Positions 24,389-36,936 are shown, counted from the whole stretch's first letter. The stretch is 63,815 nt of DNA, filler included, from Thraustochytrium aureum (GCA_012862495.1; 6 parts of 5 records of this genome joined end to end with filler, not necessarily neighbours in it), one strand, 5' to 3'. The notes: generated by a model not told the origin, from the letters alone. A program made the numbers and translations.

Positions 24389-27300
24389 GTCCCGGATCCT
24401 GGCCGACAGGCTCTGCAGGAGCTGCTGATGGTGCGCTTCCTCCGCGCGCAGGGCGTCAATGGCGCGCTGGCGGCTGTCGCGCTCGGCCGAGTCGCTGCGG
24501 TCGTGGTCGGCCTTGAGCGAGGACCGCGCTGTGCAGATGATGGCCTCGATCTGCTCGAGGCGGGCCACGTGCTTCGAGCAGGCCTCGGAGAGCTCCGTGA
24601 GCCTGCGGGGCAGCTCGGCGCGGACCTGCGCGACGAAGGCGGCGTAGTGGTGCGGGCGGACCCCGCGCCGCGCGATCGAGGTGAGGAAGGCGCTCGCGAG
24701 CAGACGAGTGGTGGCAGGGTCGTCGAACTCGGTGTGCGCCTCGAGCCCCTGCTGGCTGAGCCACCACGGCGTCACCTTGATGCGGTGCGCGGTGCGCTTT
24801 ATGCGCGGAAAGTCGTCCTCGATTGCTGCGAGCTCCGCTGAGCCGTCAAAGCAAACGATGAGAAGGTCGGCGAGCCGCCCCACCTCGTTCGCGTGCTGCA
24901 GCGCGGACAGGCCTGGGACGCTCGCCAGGTAATCGAGCACCTCGCGGTGGGACTCTTGCAAGAGCGCAATCGTCAGCTCGGTGACTTTCGACGGCAGCTC
25001 CTGCACCTGCTTGGGCTGCGGCGTGAAAGTGGCATTGTGAAAGACAAACTCCCAAGACACGTCACGGAGGACCCCGTCGCGCTGCAGCGACTCGATCAGC
25101 TCCACGCACTCGGGGTTCTTCTCTCGCTCTCCGGCTCCCTTGGCGTCGTGAACTACGACGCGAGAGGGCCTGCCAACCCAGCTGTTGCGCCCAGTACGTC
25201 GCATCCCCTTGAGGATGCGCTCGCGCCACTCGCTCGCGTCGCAGTACCGGGTCATATGCAACTCGATGACGTGCGCCTCAGCGCGAGCCGCGCCCTCGTC
25301 AGCGACGGCCTGGTCGGTCGCGTCTGTGGAAACCTCCGCCGCGCCCTGCCCGTCGTCGTCGCATTCGTCTGCTTGGAGGCCGGTGGGTATGCCGGCTCGG
25401 ACAAGGTTTTGCTGGCGCAACACCCTCAGGTCGACGTTGATGTGGCAAGGGCGGAGGCGCTCGCGTGTCGCTTGTGGGAGCTTTGGCTTTCTGCTTGAGA
25501 AAACTACGCCTTGACCCACGATCTGGGCTCGTTCCAGGTCGCCCCAGCTGCAACGGTCTTGGATCACGGCCCACGCGCTCGTCTGGGGAATCCCGCGCTG
25601 GAGCCTGCCCAACTCTGCGAGAGTAGCGCATCGGATCTTGAGGCAGTGCTTTCCGAGGGCGGCCGCGAGGGAGCAGACCTCGTCGGCCTTGGAGTCCTGG
25701 ATCAGGAGTGAATCGCGCGCATGGTGGAACGCTTTCGTGACGGAGAGATGCCACCTGCACGAAGGCAGGGTGAGAAACGTCGGCAACTGCACGGAGACCA
25801 TCTCGAACGCGTACGCGAAGGAGCCCAGCTCGTCGCTATAGTCGGTCACAACCTCCACGTCACCGTTGTGCTTGAGGTCAAACTCAAAGCAGGGCTGCGA
25901 CGTTTGGTCGCCTTGCTGCTGGTTGGCGGCTACGAGGAGCATAGCTTCAAGCGTTTGGGCCGAGCGCTCCGCGGTGGCCAGGCCCAGGTTGGCGCCAGCG
26001 TGCCGCCCGTGGCCTGCGACCGCGGCCTTACTCGCTGCCTTTCGATGGTGGGCGGCTTGCGCAAGAGCCTGACGCAACGCTTGGGCAAGCACGTGGAGGT
26101 CCCCTGCGATGGCGCGGCGCCACTCGTCCCACTTGGGCGCGCCGAGTCGCAAGGTTGCGCCGGCCAAGGAACGCGTGACGGTGTGGCCGGCCTGCTTGAT
26201 GCTCGAAATTGCGCCGTCCTGGCGCTGGCGAGCGCGGTGCACTGGAACCAACTTGCCGACGTGCGCTGCACGGTAGGCATTGGTCAGCAAGCACCGGAGC
26301 GCCAGCTCGCAAACTTGCTTGGGCCACCGCTCGGCGACTTGAAGCAAAAGGTCCGGGGTGTCGGGCAAGCACCGCAGCCCGGCTGCTTTGTCGTCCACGT
26401 CTGCGCTTGGCCCGCAGGACCCGGCAACGGCGCCGCCGTCGCTTGAGAGCGCGGGCAAGTTGGAAACCAGAAAGTGTACGCACTCGGAGAGGCTTGCCCG
26501 CAGCGCGTCGCGCACTGCCAACTCAACTGCTGCAAAGCAAGCCAGAGTGCAGGGCTCGGCAAAGTGCAGCCGCTCCCCACCATCATTTACAACGCTTCCG
26601 ATCACGGGGTGGCGCTTGCTCGATGGGCCGGGTTCTGGCCCGGACCCCGACCCGGAAGCCCCGGCGCCGTCCAGGAGGTCGCGGCGTCGGCCCTTGGCCT
26701 CCATCATGTGGGAAGGGGTTCCGTAAAACGGGTAGAGGTGCGGAAGCATGCTGAGCAGGTCCAGCTTGGGCCCCTGCTTGGCCAGGATCTCGTTGCTCAC
26801 GAGGTGGAGGCGAGGCTCCTGGTCTCGGAAGGTGTCCAGGTCCTTGGACAGTTGGACCTCGTTTTGAAGGTGCGCGGCCCTTGCCTGATCGAGGACCTGG
26901 CCGAGGTGCTCTGACCACATCTCCGCCCTGACGCGCCAGCGGGACGCAGACGCCCCTGACGGGATTTGTGAGGCTATCTCGCGCTCAATTCGCGTGAGTT
27001 GCCCTCCAACGAGAACCTCGACTTCCCACAGCCCCAGGCCAGTTGTGCCCTCCGCGCGGGCGTTCCTGTTGAGCAAGCGGCGCAGCTCCGTCTCCATCTC
27101 GTCAAGCATGGCGTGCCCGGCGTGCTCGCTCGCTGCGGCGCGAGCTACGGCCTCTAGGGCGTCGAGGTTTGCAACCAGGTCGCTGTGCGCGCTGAGCACT
27201 TCGGCAAGTGTTGTTTCGAACGAGGGCTCAAAGTCCCTCGTCCCGCTGGCGGCGGCGAAATCGATCCAGTGCGAGCGCTGCAGACCTGGAGCGCAGAGGC

Positions 27301-30300
27301 AGCGGACGAGCCTTTCAGAATCCTTGATCTCTGCCACTTTGGGCTCTATCCAAGCCACGACCTCGTTCTGTTCGCCCGGCGCTGCTCTCGCGGCAACCAA
27401 GTAGTCCCCCGCCAGGATGGCATCGAGACGGGCAAGCGTGTCGTCAATCTCTAGCCTCAGCACGCTCGTGCAAAACCATGTGGCGTGGATTTCTGCGATG
27501 TCAGCTGCTGCGGACCACAGTGATGCGATCGGCTTTATGCGCGCGAGGAGATCCGCAGAAAGTTTGAGCGTCTCGTCGACGCCTCCAGAGACCTCAAAGA
27601 TGCTTGCTCGCTTGCACAGGTCTTCGCTCTTCTTGTAGCACGTGACGATGGACTCTTCCAAGAGAGCTGCGTTGACCGCGTTTTCCTCGATCCGGTCGAG
27701 GGCTGAAAAGTTGCTCACGTTGTCAAGATAATGCACGTAGTCCATCACGCGTTTGTGGTGCTTGGCGAGCTGCTCGTGCAAGGAACTCTTCAGGTCCCGT
27801 TTTTTGGACTCGATGTCGCCTCGGACTTGCTCGGCGCGAGACCAGAGCTTTTGCGGAGCCAGACCAGCTCCCACCGTCGGCGAAGCTGGTCTGGAGTGGC
27901 CCGGAACCCGTTGGCTTCGAGCACGTCAAAGCGGCTCGTGACCCATCTCCGCACGCGGCTTTCGAGCCTGCGAACACGCTTGGGCATCGACTGAAGTTCG
28001 TCCCAGACCTTCTCGAGGTCCTCAACCGACTGCGTCGCGATGGCGAGCCGTGCTCTTGCGCGGTCGTACTCGGCTTGGATGAACCTTGTTGCGCGGTCTG
28101 CTTGCGCGAGAATTTTACCAAGGAACGCCTCGCCCACCTTGTTCGCGTGCTCGACGAGCGCGTGGCGCAAAATCGACAGCTCGAGCAGAAAGGGCCCAGC
28201 CTCCAGCTGGGTCGGCAGGTCCAGCGCTCTTGTACGCAATTCNNNNNNNNNNNNNNNNNNNNNNNNNNNNNNNNNNNNNNNNNNNNNNNNNNNNNNNNNN
28301 NNNNNNNNNNNNNNNNNNNNNNNNNNNNNNNNNNNNNNNNNNNNNNNNNNNNNNNNNNNNNNNNNNNNNNNNNNNNNNNNNNNNNNNNNNNNNNNNNNNN
28401 NNNNNNNNNNGGCCGCCAGCAAAACGCCTTGGGCCAGTTGCTTGGCTTGGTCTGCGTGGTCTGCGGCGCGGCCAGCAACGTCGGTGCGCAGGCCCTCGTC
28501 CACGTCTGTGCCTTCCAGCACCATCCCTTGCACGCCAGGAAAGTTTTTCAAACAATCGAGCCAAGCGTCGACGAGCGAGGCGATCCCCGTCGTGCACTCG
28601 TCGAAAGATGGCTTGATCTGAATCCCGAGCGTCACTTGCTCTTCAATGTTGCCAGAGAAAATCTTGTCGTCTTCTGCTTCGCGGTCTTGCTCTTGGCTGT
28701 CCTCGGGCTCCTCGTCTTCGTCAGAGTCAAACTCTTCCAAGCTCTGCTGCGAACTGGCAGTCTTGCTATCGCGCCTCTGTCGGGCGAGGGCGGCGTGCAG
28801 ATTCAGCTGCGCTGGTTCTTGCGCTCGGCTCGGTTCAGTGATACGGAGTGGGGCCATCGAGGCGGCTGGGTCGGCGCTACTGCTGAGCTGCTGCCAAGCG
28901 TCCGGGGTGTCGTCTGCCGCGGTGCTGCCAGCGAGAAGCTGGGCACGCGTTTTAATGCTCAACGTGGCGGAGACGCTGATTGTTCTGGTGCCGCTTCGGA
29001 ACGTTGCCTCAAAGTCGGCCAATGCCCGTTCGAGGATGTTGCTCAGGGTTTGCGACATGATCAGATCCACGAGGCGTAGGAAACGTTCCAACTGGGTCTT
29101 GTCGAGGAAGCTCGAGCGATCGAGGACCTTCTCAACGAGTATGTGGTATAGGCGAACGACCCAGCGAGTTCGCAAGCGCTCGACAGCTCTGGCTCGCACC
29201 GATTCTTGCTGTTCGCAGAACGCCTGGAGGGCAGCGGTGCGCTCTCTCGGCACGGCAGTTCGTAGGGCGCACCTGCGCCTGCTCGTGCAGGCAGCTCTCC
29301 CAGATTGCAAGAATCGCACTGACGCCAAAGCTGTCAAAGCGGCTGTGCCTGCTGCCCAGCTGACGAACCCGTCGAGCGACGAGGCCGGAGCCTAAAGCGG
29401 AGCAGTTGCGCACAGCAGCCGAGACAGCACTGCGGTCGAGAGCATGCTGCGAGGCTTCCCTCCAACGCGACGAAGCTACGAGCTCGTGCCGAACGGTTGA
29501 CGCGTACTGAGCAGCGAGGTGGCTCTCGTGCAGCTCTTCCAGGAGGTGGCGCCACAGCGCCGGCGAGTTGATTGTTCCCCTGTAGCCCCGCTTGGACGTC
29601 AAATTTTGCTTTAGGCCGTCGCTTTCTTTCGACGACTGGAATGGCCGCGCGACTGGCTTTGCGCGGAAAACGATTCGCGCAACCGAAGCGACGTCTAGAC
29701 CAGAGAGCTTTTCGCCGACAAAGAAGCCTTGTTCGTCGCCTGCGCGGTCCGAGGATGGCAGCGGGACGGTCGGATCAACGAGGAGGGCAGCGATTCGAGC
29801 CTTTTGGAGATTTTTGGCTTGCGCCACGCGTGATTCGTGTTCCTCCACTGTTTCACAATCGCCGTCGAGGAGGTTGGTCCACGACACCCACTTCGTTTGA
29901 CTGACGGCCGCGCGAGTGGCGCAACTCGCGCCTGTCGGGTCCCACTCGATGAGGTAGTGCCCACCGCGTCGGTCCAAAACTCTACACGAGACCCACTCGT
30001 AGGCACCTCCAACTGTGTACCTTCGGGTGTGCGCATGTGACCCTGGAACAAGCTCGCGCTCGTCATTTGCGCAATCAATGAACGCCCCGGGCTCCAGCCT
30101 TTCCGCGCTCGATTCCCGGCCGAGGCTTGCATCACCTCTACCGTCATGTGCTACGACGTGCCCAGCATGCTTGGGCTTAACTGGCGCCTTTGGCTGAATC
30201 GTGTGACTGGCGGTTCCAGCGTCCATGCGCGCGATCGCCGAATCGCCGCGGCCGATGTCGCGGAGCGACTTTGCAAGCCGTCGCGTATCCGTAGCGTGCA

Positions 30301-30589
30301 CCGGAGCAGAAGTCCCCATCGCTCTCCGCGCGATGCTTCTATGCCTTGGCGATGCGGCGACGCGGCGGTTGACGGACCGCGGGGGTGCAAGACCAGCGCC
30401 GCTCCGCACAGGTTTCGGCAACGCAGACTGCGTCATGTCTTCCTCCGGGTCATCTCGCCGGTCGCCAGCACGAGCCCCACGCGACCTTTTCCACCCCAGA
30501 AGCGCCTCTCTCCTGCCCTGCACGGCCTCGACGACCCTCCGCGCGCTCGAGGCAGCCCAAGGCCCACCCGCGCCGTCGTCGTCGTCCAT
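24389..30589 (-). CDS. Highly divergent, shortened axonemal dynein heavy chain-like protein (DNAH1-like tail, degenerate motor); 3' end runs into gap; frameshifts at ~29275 and ~27855
   Basis: Tail segments resemble DNAH1 (EWVSCRVLD..YLIEW..KWVSWTNL; LERFLRLVDLIMSQTL). Linker-region motifs LCAPGLQRSHW and WPKQVCELA. AAA1 remnants FAYAFEMV, LAAALGKHC, QTSAWAVIQD and KLPQATRERLRP occur in canonical order, then a pre-stalk remnant VRPHHYAAFV followed by coiled coil. Confidence 0.72.
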
Positions 30590-31413
30590 GGCAGGCAGTC
30601 TTGCAGCAGGATGCCAGGCGGCAGGGGGTCGGGCGGCAGGAAGTCGGGCAGGCAGGAGAAGGAACGANNNNNNNNNNNNNNNNNNNNNNNNNNNNNNNNN
30701 NNNNNNNNNNNNNNNNNNNNNNNNNNNNNNNNNNNNNNNNNNNNNNNNNNNNNNNNNNNNNNNNNNNNNNNNNNNNNNNNNNNNNNNNNNNNNNNNNNNN
30801 NNNNNNNNNNNNNNNNNNNNNNNNNNNNNNNNNNNNNNNNNNNNNNNNNNNNNNNNNNNNNNNNNNNNNNNNNNNNNNNNNNNGAGAAGGAACGAACGTC
30901 ACCACGGAGAAAGGATGCGGGGAAGCGAGCAGGAGGCAAGCAGCGCTGCCGCCGCGCGTCCCTCGCGTTGCCTGTCTGGCCCGGTGCTGTTGAGCGTCTT
31001 TGGGACCGTTGAGATCGGACGCACGAGAGATCCGGTCAGCAACGATCCGTTTTCGCGTCCTCGAAACGGCGTGCGTTCCGCGTCACATTGAGGGGTTGTG
31101 TGACGTGAAAGTCGTCGGTGGGAGGCCGCGCAGTTGCGGAATTGAGCCGGTGCGGGTGGGGCGCCTGGGCTGGATGACTCCACACTCGACGATTGGTCCT
31201 GCCTCGGCCTGCCCCGGCCTGCCCCTGCCTCGTTTCCTCCTGTTGTTGCGAGCTTCCTCCCGCATGCAGAGCAGAGCGCGTCGAGACGGCAGCTTCGCGC
31301 TCGATGAACTGACCTGCGCAGCGGCTGGCGTCCTCCTTGGCACAGAATACACTGAGACTGCAGCGCCGTGACTGTCGGCGTACGGCTGCGCGAGACACGG
31401 ACGCCGCGGCGCG

Positions 31414-32026
31414 ATGAGTGCCGACGATGTGGCCGAGGTGGACCAGCCGGCATGCTGCGGATGCCTTTGGTTTGCCACTTCGACGTCGAGCACGAGGCGA
31501 GGCGCCGGCAAGCGTGCAGAGGCTCGCGCGTCAAGGCTGAGCGATGGAGATGCTCAGCGAATTGAGATCAAGGATGCCGAGGTGGTGTCTGCAGACATGC
31601 TTTCCGGTTCGCAGACCCAGCAAGGGCCGGGCGCTGACGAGGCGTCGGCAGTCGCTGGGGAGCATCCGATGGAGGCAGCGTCGGCGGAAGGATCAGCGGC
31701 GCAAGCAACAGCAGCGGAAGCCGCGACGGTGGCCGCTTTTGTTGACGTACCGCTGGACGACGCAGAGGAGACCAGCGGCAGTGAGGCTGGCGACGACGAG
31801 GACGACGACGACGAGGAAGAGGAGGTGGGGGAGATCGCAACGCAAGACAACACGCACAGCGACCGGAGAACGAAAACGCAAACGAACCGTCCGCCGAGCT
31901 TGAGCATCACTTCAGCCACTGTGCCCAAAGATGCTGCAGAGCCGGTTTCTTGCGACGGAAGCGTGTCTTGCGGCTTGGCTGAAGAGGGGCCGGTCTCGCC
32001 GACTCGGGACCTCTACGCGTTTTGGG
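31414..32026 (+). CDS. Hypothetical protein, acidic low-complexity N-terminal fragment (3' truncated by scaffold end)
   Basis: Open frame from ATG 31414 to the scaffold end, with a poly-D/E tract (GDDEDDDDEEEE). No domain recognised. Confidence 0.45.
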
Positions 32027-32070
32027 NNNNNNNNNNNNNNNNNNNNNNNNNNNNNNNNNNNNNNNNNNNN

Positions 32071-32082
32071 TTAATTAATTAA
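32071..32082. other. Artificial scaffold linker TTAATTAATTAA
   Basis: Same 44N-12-44N structure. Confidence 0.97.
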
Positions 32083-32126
32083 NNNNNNNNNNNNNNNNNN
32101 NNNNNNNNNNNNNNNNNNNNNNNNNN

Positions 32127-32612
32127 GCGCAACGCGTGCCGGGCCTTGCGGCGCTCCTGATTGGGTCGTGCAGGGCCGTTTCGGACGAGGGGCTCAAGGC
32201 TGTGGCGGCGGGGTGCCGCGCGCTCGAGCACCTGGAGCTCGTGAATTGTAGGGCGATCAGCAGGGCGGGTCTTGTTGCCGTCTCGGAGGGTTGCCAGGGT
32301 ATACGGACCCTGAGCCTGGCGAACTGCGACCAGCTTTCTGGCTCGGATGCGATGCTCGTGCACGCGCGCTTTCGGCGGCTCGAGGTCTTGTGCTTGTCCG
32401 GTTGCTCGCTCGTGACGCGCTCGTGCGTGGAGAGGATCGCGCAGCGGTCCCCCGATCTGATCGTCTTTTTCGGCTTTCAGCGATTCCGCACGCGCGAGCC
32501 AGAGTCACAGAACGCGCAGCGCGCCAAGCTGATGGTGTTGCGCCTTTTGGTCGGCCAAGGCGTGGGCATGGCGATGGTTCTGTCTGCGGCTCGAACGGGT
32601 CACGTTTTGTAG
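32127..32612 (+). CDS. Cysteine-containing leucine-rich repeat protein (F-box/LRR type), C-terminal fragment
   Basis: About 26-aa repeats: CRAVSDEGLKAVAAGCRALEHLELVNC, ISRAGLVAVSEGCQGIRTLSLANC, LEVLCLSGCSLVT. Stop TAG at 32610-32612. Confidence 0.8.
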   Translation, partial: AQRVPGLAALLIGSCRAVSDEGLKAVAAGCRALEHLELVNCRAISRAGLVAVSEGCQGIRTLSLANCDQLSGSDAMLVHARFRRLEVLCLSGCSLVTRSCVERIAQRSPDLIVFFGFQRFRTREPESQNAQRAKLMVLRLLVGQGVGMAMVLSAARTGHVL

Positions 32613-33044
32613 AGTACTCTCTGGAGAGGCTCCGTTCTGTCGCCCGGAGCGCTCGGAGGCAGAGGCTGACTGCGCTTNNNNNNNNNNNNNNNNNNNNNNN
32701 NNNNNNNNNNNNNNNNNNNNNNNNNNNNNNNNNNNNNNNNNNNNNNNNNNNNNNNNNNNNNNNNNNNNNNNNNNNNNNNNNNNNNNNNNNNNNNNNNNNN
32801 NNNNNNNNNNNNNNNNNNNNNNNNNNNNNNNNNNNNNNNNNNNNNNNNNNNNNNNNNNNNNNNNNNNNNNNNNNNNNNNNNNNNNNNNNNNNNNNNNNNN
32901 NNNNNNNNNNNNNNNNNNNNNNNNNNNNNNNNNNNNNNNNNNNNNNNNNNNNNNNNNNNNNNNNNNNNNNNNNNNNNNNNNNNNNNNNNNNNNNNNNNNN
33001 NNNNNNNNNNNNNNNNNNNNNNNNNNNNNNNNNNNNNNNNNNNN

Positions 33045-34177
33045 AAAAAGTCAGCCTCGTCATTGGAGGCCACCACGAATTCGAGGTTGGCAGACGAGTT
33101 GTCCTTGTCGACGACAGAAAGGTCCCACTCGAGGTGGTGCTTTTTCGCGTTGTGGCGATGGACGCCTCCCTCAATCAACGTGACCTCAGGCTCGTCGGTG
33201 CCGCCGAGCGGGACGACGACGAGGACGTCCTGCAAGCTCAGGTGTGGAGCGACAAGCTCGAGCTCCATGGAGACGGTGACGGTGCCATCCCCGTTCGACT
33301 CGGGCCAGCAGGTTACTCTGAGCGGGACCTGCGCCTCGTCCTCCTTGGCGGCGTAGCGCCATTTGAGGATTCCAAGCGCCTTGTCCTTCGGGAAGGCCTT
33401 GGAGAGGGCTTTCATCTCGAGCACCTTGTCTTCCAGGAAGCGGGGCTTTGCCAGGTTCGGGTGTGGCGTGAAGGTGAAAATGGACGTGTCGCCGTACATT
33501 TCGAGCGCGAGGCGCACACGCGAGTCCTCTTCGTGGCAGAGGAGTGTGATCGAGCCTTTCACCTCGATCTTGTGCAGGGCCCCGTCGCGGTCGTAGACAA
33601 CCGCAACGGTCTCGGCGATCCGCACTTCAATAGGATCCGTTCGCACAACCGCCCCCGGTGCGGCGACATTTGCCTTGGCTGACTGCTGCTGCACGAGCGC
33701 CTCCGTGGGGACGCCCTCTTCCTCGGCAAACTGCTTGAGCGCGCTGAGGCCCTTGTTGGCGCCCTTGGTTCCGAGCTTGAGGCCCTTGCCGAGCTTCATG
33801 CCGGACGACGTGGGGGCCGACTTCTCGGCGGCTCCCGCGCCGTAGCGCGAGCCCGAGTCGACGCGTGACTCTTGCGCGGGTGCCGAGGCCGCGCTGCCGC
33901 TGCTCGAGCCAAACCCGCTGGATGAGCTGCTACCAAATCCCTTCATAATGTCGCTGCCGCCGATGCCCATCCCGCCGCCGCCCATCCCGGTCGGGTTGTT
34001 GCCGATTCCGGGCATCGGGTTGGAGGAGCGGGCGGCCTTGATGGACGCGGCCTTGCGCCGCGCCTCGTCCTTGGCTTCGTTCATTTTGCTCTGCTGCACC
34101 ATGAGGTGGAGCTTTTCGTTGTGGCTGTCCATCTCGAGGTTGGTGCGGATCCCGTCCAGGGTGATGTTCTCCTTGTA
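33045..34177 (-). CDS. ARCN1: Coatomer subunit delta (delta-COP), partial at both ends
   Basis: KENITLDGIRTNLEMDSHNEKLH..SKMNEAK, Gly/Ser linker with GMKLG, and mu-homology domain RDGALHKIEVKG, HPNL, KAFP, ILKWR, PLRVTCWP. Confidence 0.95.
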
Positions 34178-34221
34178 NNNNNNNNNNNNNNNNNNNNNNN
34201 NNNNNNNNNNNNNNNNNNNNN

Positions 34222-34233
34222 TTAATTAATTAA
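34222..34233. other. Artificial scaffold linker TTAATTAATTAA
   Basis: Same 44N-12-44N structure. Confidence 0.97.
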
Positions 34234-34515
34234 NNNNNNNNNNNNNNNNNNNNNNNNNNNNNNNNNNNNNNNNNNNNCCGACTCGCTGGAGAGCAAGCAG
34301 CAGCAAGCAGGCGGCGCGCGCAGGGCGGCAGACAGCGTCGGGAGAGGGGTTGCGCGTCCATACACGAGGCTAAGGAGAGGCCTGCGAGCGAGGCAGAGGA
34401 AGGGCGTGCGGCGCACTCGTCGCGCCCTCGCGCGCGCTTGCGGTTCGAGGACAGGTCCAAGAGCGCGTCGGTCGCCGCGCCTCGCGCACTCTGCCTGGAG
34501 CGGGCGGGTCAAAAC

Positions 34516-35013
34516 ATGTCCCAGGATGTGGGCACGGCGATGCCGGCGTTTTGGGGGTTTGCCGGGTCTGCGCTCGCGCTGACGCTCGCCAACTTTGGCG
34601 CCGCGTACGGGACCGCCAAGGCCGGCGTCGGGATCTCCGCGATGGGTGTAATGAACCCGGACGCTGTGATGAAAAACATCATTCCTGTCGTCATGGCTGG
34701 TGTGATTGGCATTTACGGCCTCATCGTGGCCGTGCTGGTGGTCGGCTCGGTTTCTCCGCCGACGCGCCTGGGCAACAGCGAGGTGTTTTCGAACGTGTAC
34801 GGCTGGGACTTGGGGTTTCAGCACCTTGCGGCCGGCCTCTGCGTCGGTATGTCAGGCATCGGCGCGGGGTATGCAATCGGGCTCACCGGCGACGTCGGCG
34901 TCAAGATGACGGGCCTCCAGCCGCGCCTGTTTGTGGTCATGATTCTGGTCATGATTTTCGCCGAGGCGCTCGCCCTGTACGGGCTCATCGTCGCCCTCAT
35001 CTTTGCCACGTAA
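34516..35013 (+). CDS. VMA3: V-type H+-ATPase 16-kDa proteolipid subunit c, 165 aa, intronless
   Basis: [46 protein letters not shown], and [15 protein letters not shown] with the essential TM4 Glu. The c versus c' paralogue is not resolved. Confidence 0.96.
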   Translation: MSQDVGTAMPAFWGFAGSALALTLANFGAAYGTAKAGVGISAMGVMNPDAVMKNIIPVVMAGVIGIYGLIVAVLVVGSVSPPTRLGNSEVFSNVYGWDLGFQHLAAGLCVGMSGIGAGYAIGLTGDVGVKMTGLQPRLFVVMILVMIFAEALALYGLIVALIFAT

Positions 35014-35122
35014 AGCAGCGCTGTGTTCTTTGCCCCGGTTGTTTTTGCGCGCGCCTCGCGCGGCACAGCAAGGCTAGGCAGAGCCCGCGCGCGAGAACCA
35101 CCACCACAACAATTACAAAACA

Positions 35123-35143
35123 ACTACTACTACTACTACTACT
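35123..35143. repeat. (ACT)n microsatellite
   Basis: actactactactactactact downstream of the V-ATPase c stop. Confidence 0.9.
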
Positions 35144-35646
35144 TCGACAAGAGACAGAGTGAGAGAGAAAGTAATGGGCAGTGCAGTTGGCTTGACTCGA
35201 CACGCATCGGCCACCTAATCCCAGACCTTGCAGACTTGGGCCGACTGTTTGACGGCGTCTAAACGAGCGAGCGAGCGAGTAGTGTGTGCGCGCCCCGCCG
35301 CGGACCAATCTCTATATCTGCGGCGGTCCGCGTCAATGCGACCCGNNNNNNNNNNNNNNNNNNNNNNNNNNNNNNNNNNNNNNNNNNNNNNNNNNNNNNN
35401 NNNNNNNNNNNNNNNNNNNNNNNNNNNNNNNNNNNNNNNNNNNNNNNNNNNNNNNNNNNNNNNNNNNNNNNNNNNNNNNNNNNNNNNNNNNNNNNNNNNN
35501 NNNNNNNNNNNNNNNNNNNNNNNNNNNNNNNNNNNNNNNNNNNNNNNNNNNNNNNNNNNNNNNNNNNNNNNNNNNNNNNNNNNNNNNNNNNNNNNNNNNN
35601 NNNNNNNNNNNNNNNNNNNNNNNNNNNNNNNNNNNNNNNNNNNNNN

Positions 35647-36749
35647 CGTTTGGCGGCGCTTCCTCGCGGCCGCGGCAGCGGCCGCGCCCCACGCGCCGGC
35701 TGCGGCCCTGCCGCGCTCCGTCGAAGCCTCTGCGCCCTCCGCGCCCCCCTCCTCGCCGTCGCCGGATTCGTCAAACGACCAGAACTGCACCAAGATCGTA
35801 AAGTCAAGCGCAACCGTGCCGAGCGAGCCCACGAGCCAAGGCAGCGCTTTCTTGATAGCCTTCCAGGACGAGTCGCGCAGGAGCACGCCGAGCCCATAGG
35901 TGGTGTTGCCCATCACAGCGCACCCAAACATGACGATCGAGAGCCCCTGCACAGACTTGCGGCGCTGTTCTTCAGGATCTGCGGGATGCGGCTGTTCAGG
36001 TACACGATCGACGAGACCCACCCGATGGCCATGCCCATTTCCTGCACCGCCTTGTCCACCTCAAAGTGCTCCTCGCACTCGGGGAGGCCCTCCACGTTGA
36101 CGACAGTGTGCACAGACGCTGCCGCCGAGACGAAACGCTCCGCGCCGAGCTTGTTGTTGCTGACCAGGGCCATCGCGACGACTGGGATCACCACGGCTGC
36201 CAGGGCCACGCCGGCGCCTGGCGGGCGGTACCCGGCGCGAGGGGCGCCAGACTGGCCCTCGCCGGCAGACTCTGTGTTGGACTCCTCGGTCGTGTCCTCG
36301 TCCTCGCCCTCGAGAAGCGCTTCGTAGTGGCCGGCGTCCACCGGGGCGACGCGGTGCTGCGAGGGCGGATCGGGCGACTGTGGCTCGCGCACGCCATAGT
36401 AGGTGTAGTAGGTGATTTGGGAAATCATCGTCAGGTCCACAAAGATAAACAGGATGCCCGTCGCAACCTGCGTGACAAGCTGGTGCGTCAGCACCGCCCC
36501 GGCCAGGTTGAGCGCGTCCCCGAGAAACCACTCGAGCAGGAACCACTTGCTTAGCGCGCCCCCGCTCTTCCGCTGGTAGTTCTTTATGAACTGGGGCACT
36601 TGGCACGCGATCCAGAACGCCAGCGAGGACATGCCCACGATGAAGGAGGCCACCTCTCGCGTCGTGAACAAGCACTCGTGGAAATGCGTCGCAATAAACT
36701 CATTATAGTCCACCAGGCCCCCGCGCGGGGAGCACGTGCAGTTGCTCAT
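35647..36749 (-). CDS. PQ-loop lysosomal/vacuolar amino acid transporter (PQLC2/YPQ-like); 3' end in gap; frameshift at ~35966
   Basis: Two PQ loops: WIACQVPQFIKNYQRKSGGALS..WFLGDALNLAG and YLNSRIPQILKN(x)RRKSVQGLS..GNTTY. C-terminal LPWLVGSLGTVALDFTILVQF. Confidence 0.92.
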
Positions 36750-36907
36750 CCCCGGGCCCCAACCACCGCCACCGCGAGACGACCCCGCCTACGCGCCGGG
36801 CGCAACCAGCCCCGCACCAGGCGCCGCGGCAACCGCACCGCTTCCGCACGGGCACAGCAACGCGCGCCAGCCAGCAACCAGCCAGACACCCAGCCAGACA
36901 CCCAGAA

Positions 36908-36936
36908 AGACAGACAGACAGACAGACAGACAGACA
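36908..36936. repeat. (CAGA)n microsatellite
   Basis: agacagacagacagacagacagacagaca upstream of the PQ-loop gene. Confidence 0.9.

Noticed and set aside
22382..27874. 1830-aa ORF suggesting a dynein-peptidase S28 fusion
   Set aside because: The frame is carried through an N-gap of uncertain length, and the peptidase has its own ATG (23947) and signal peptide. Two genes are more parsimonious.
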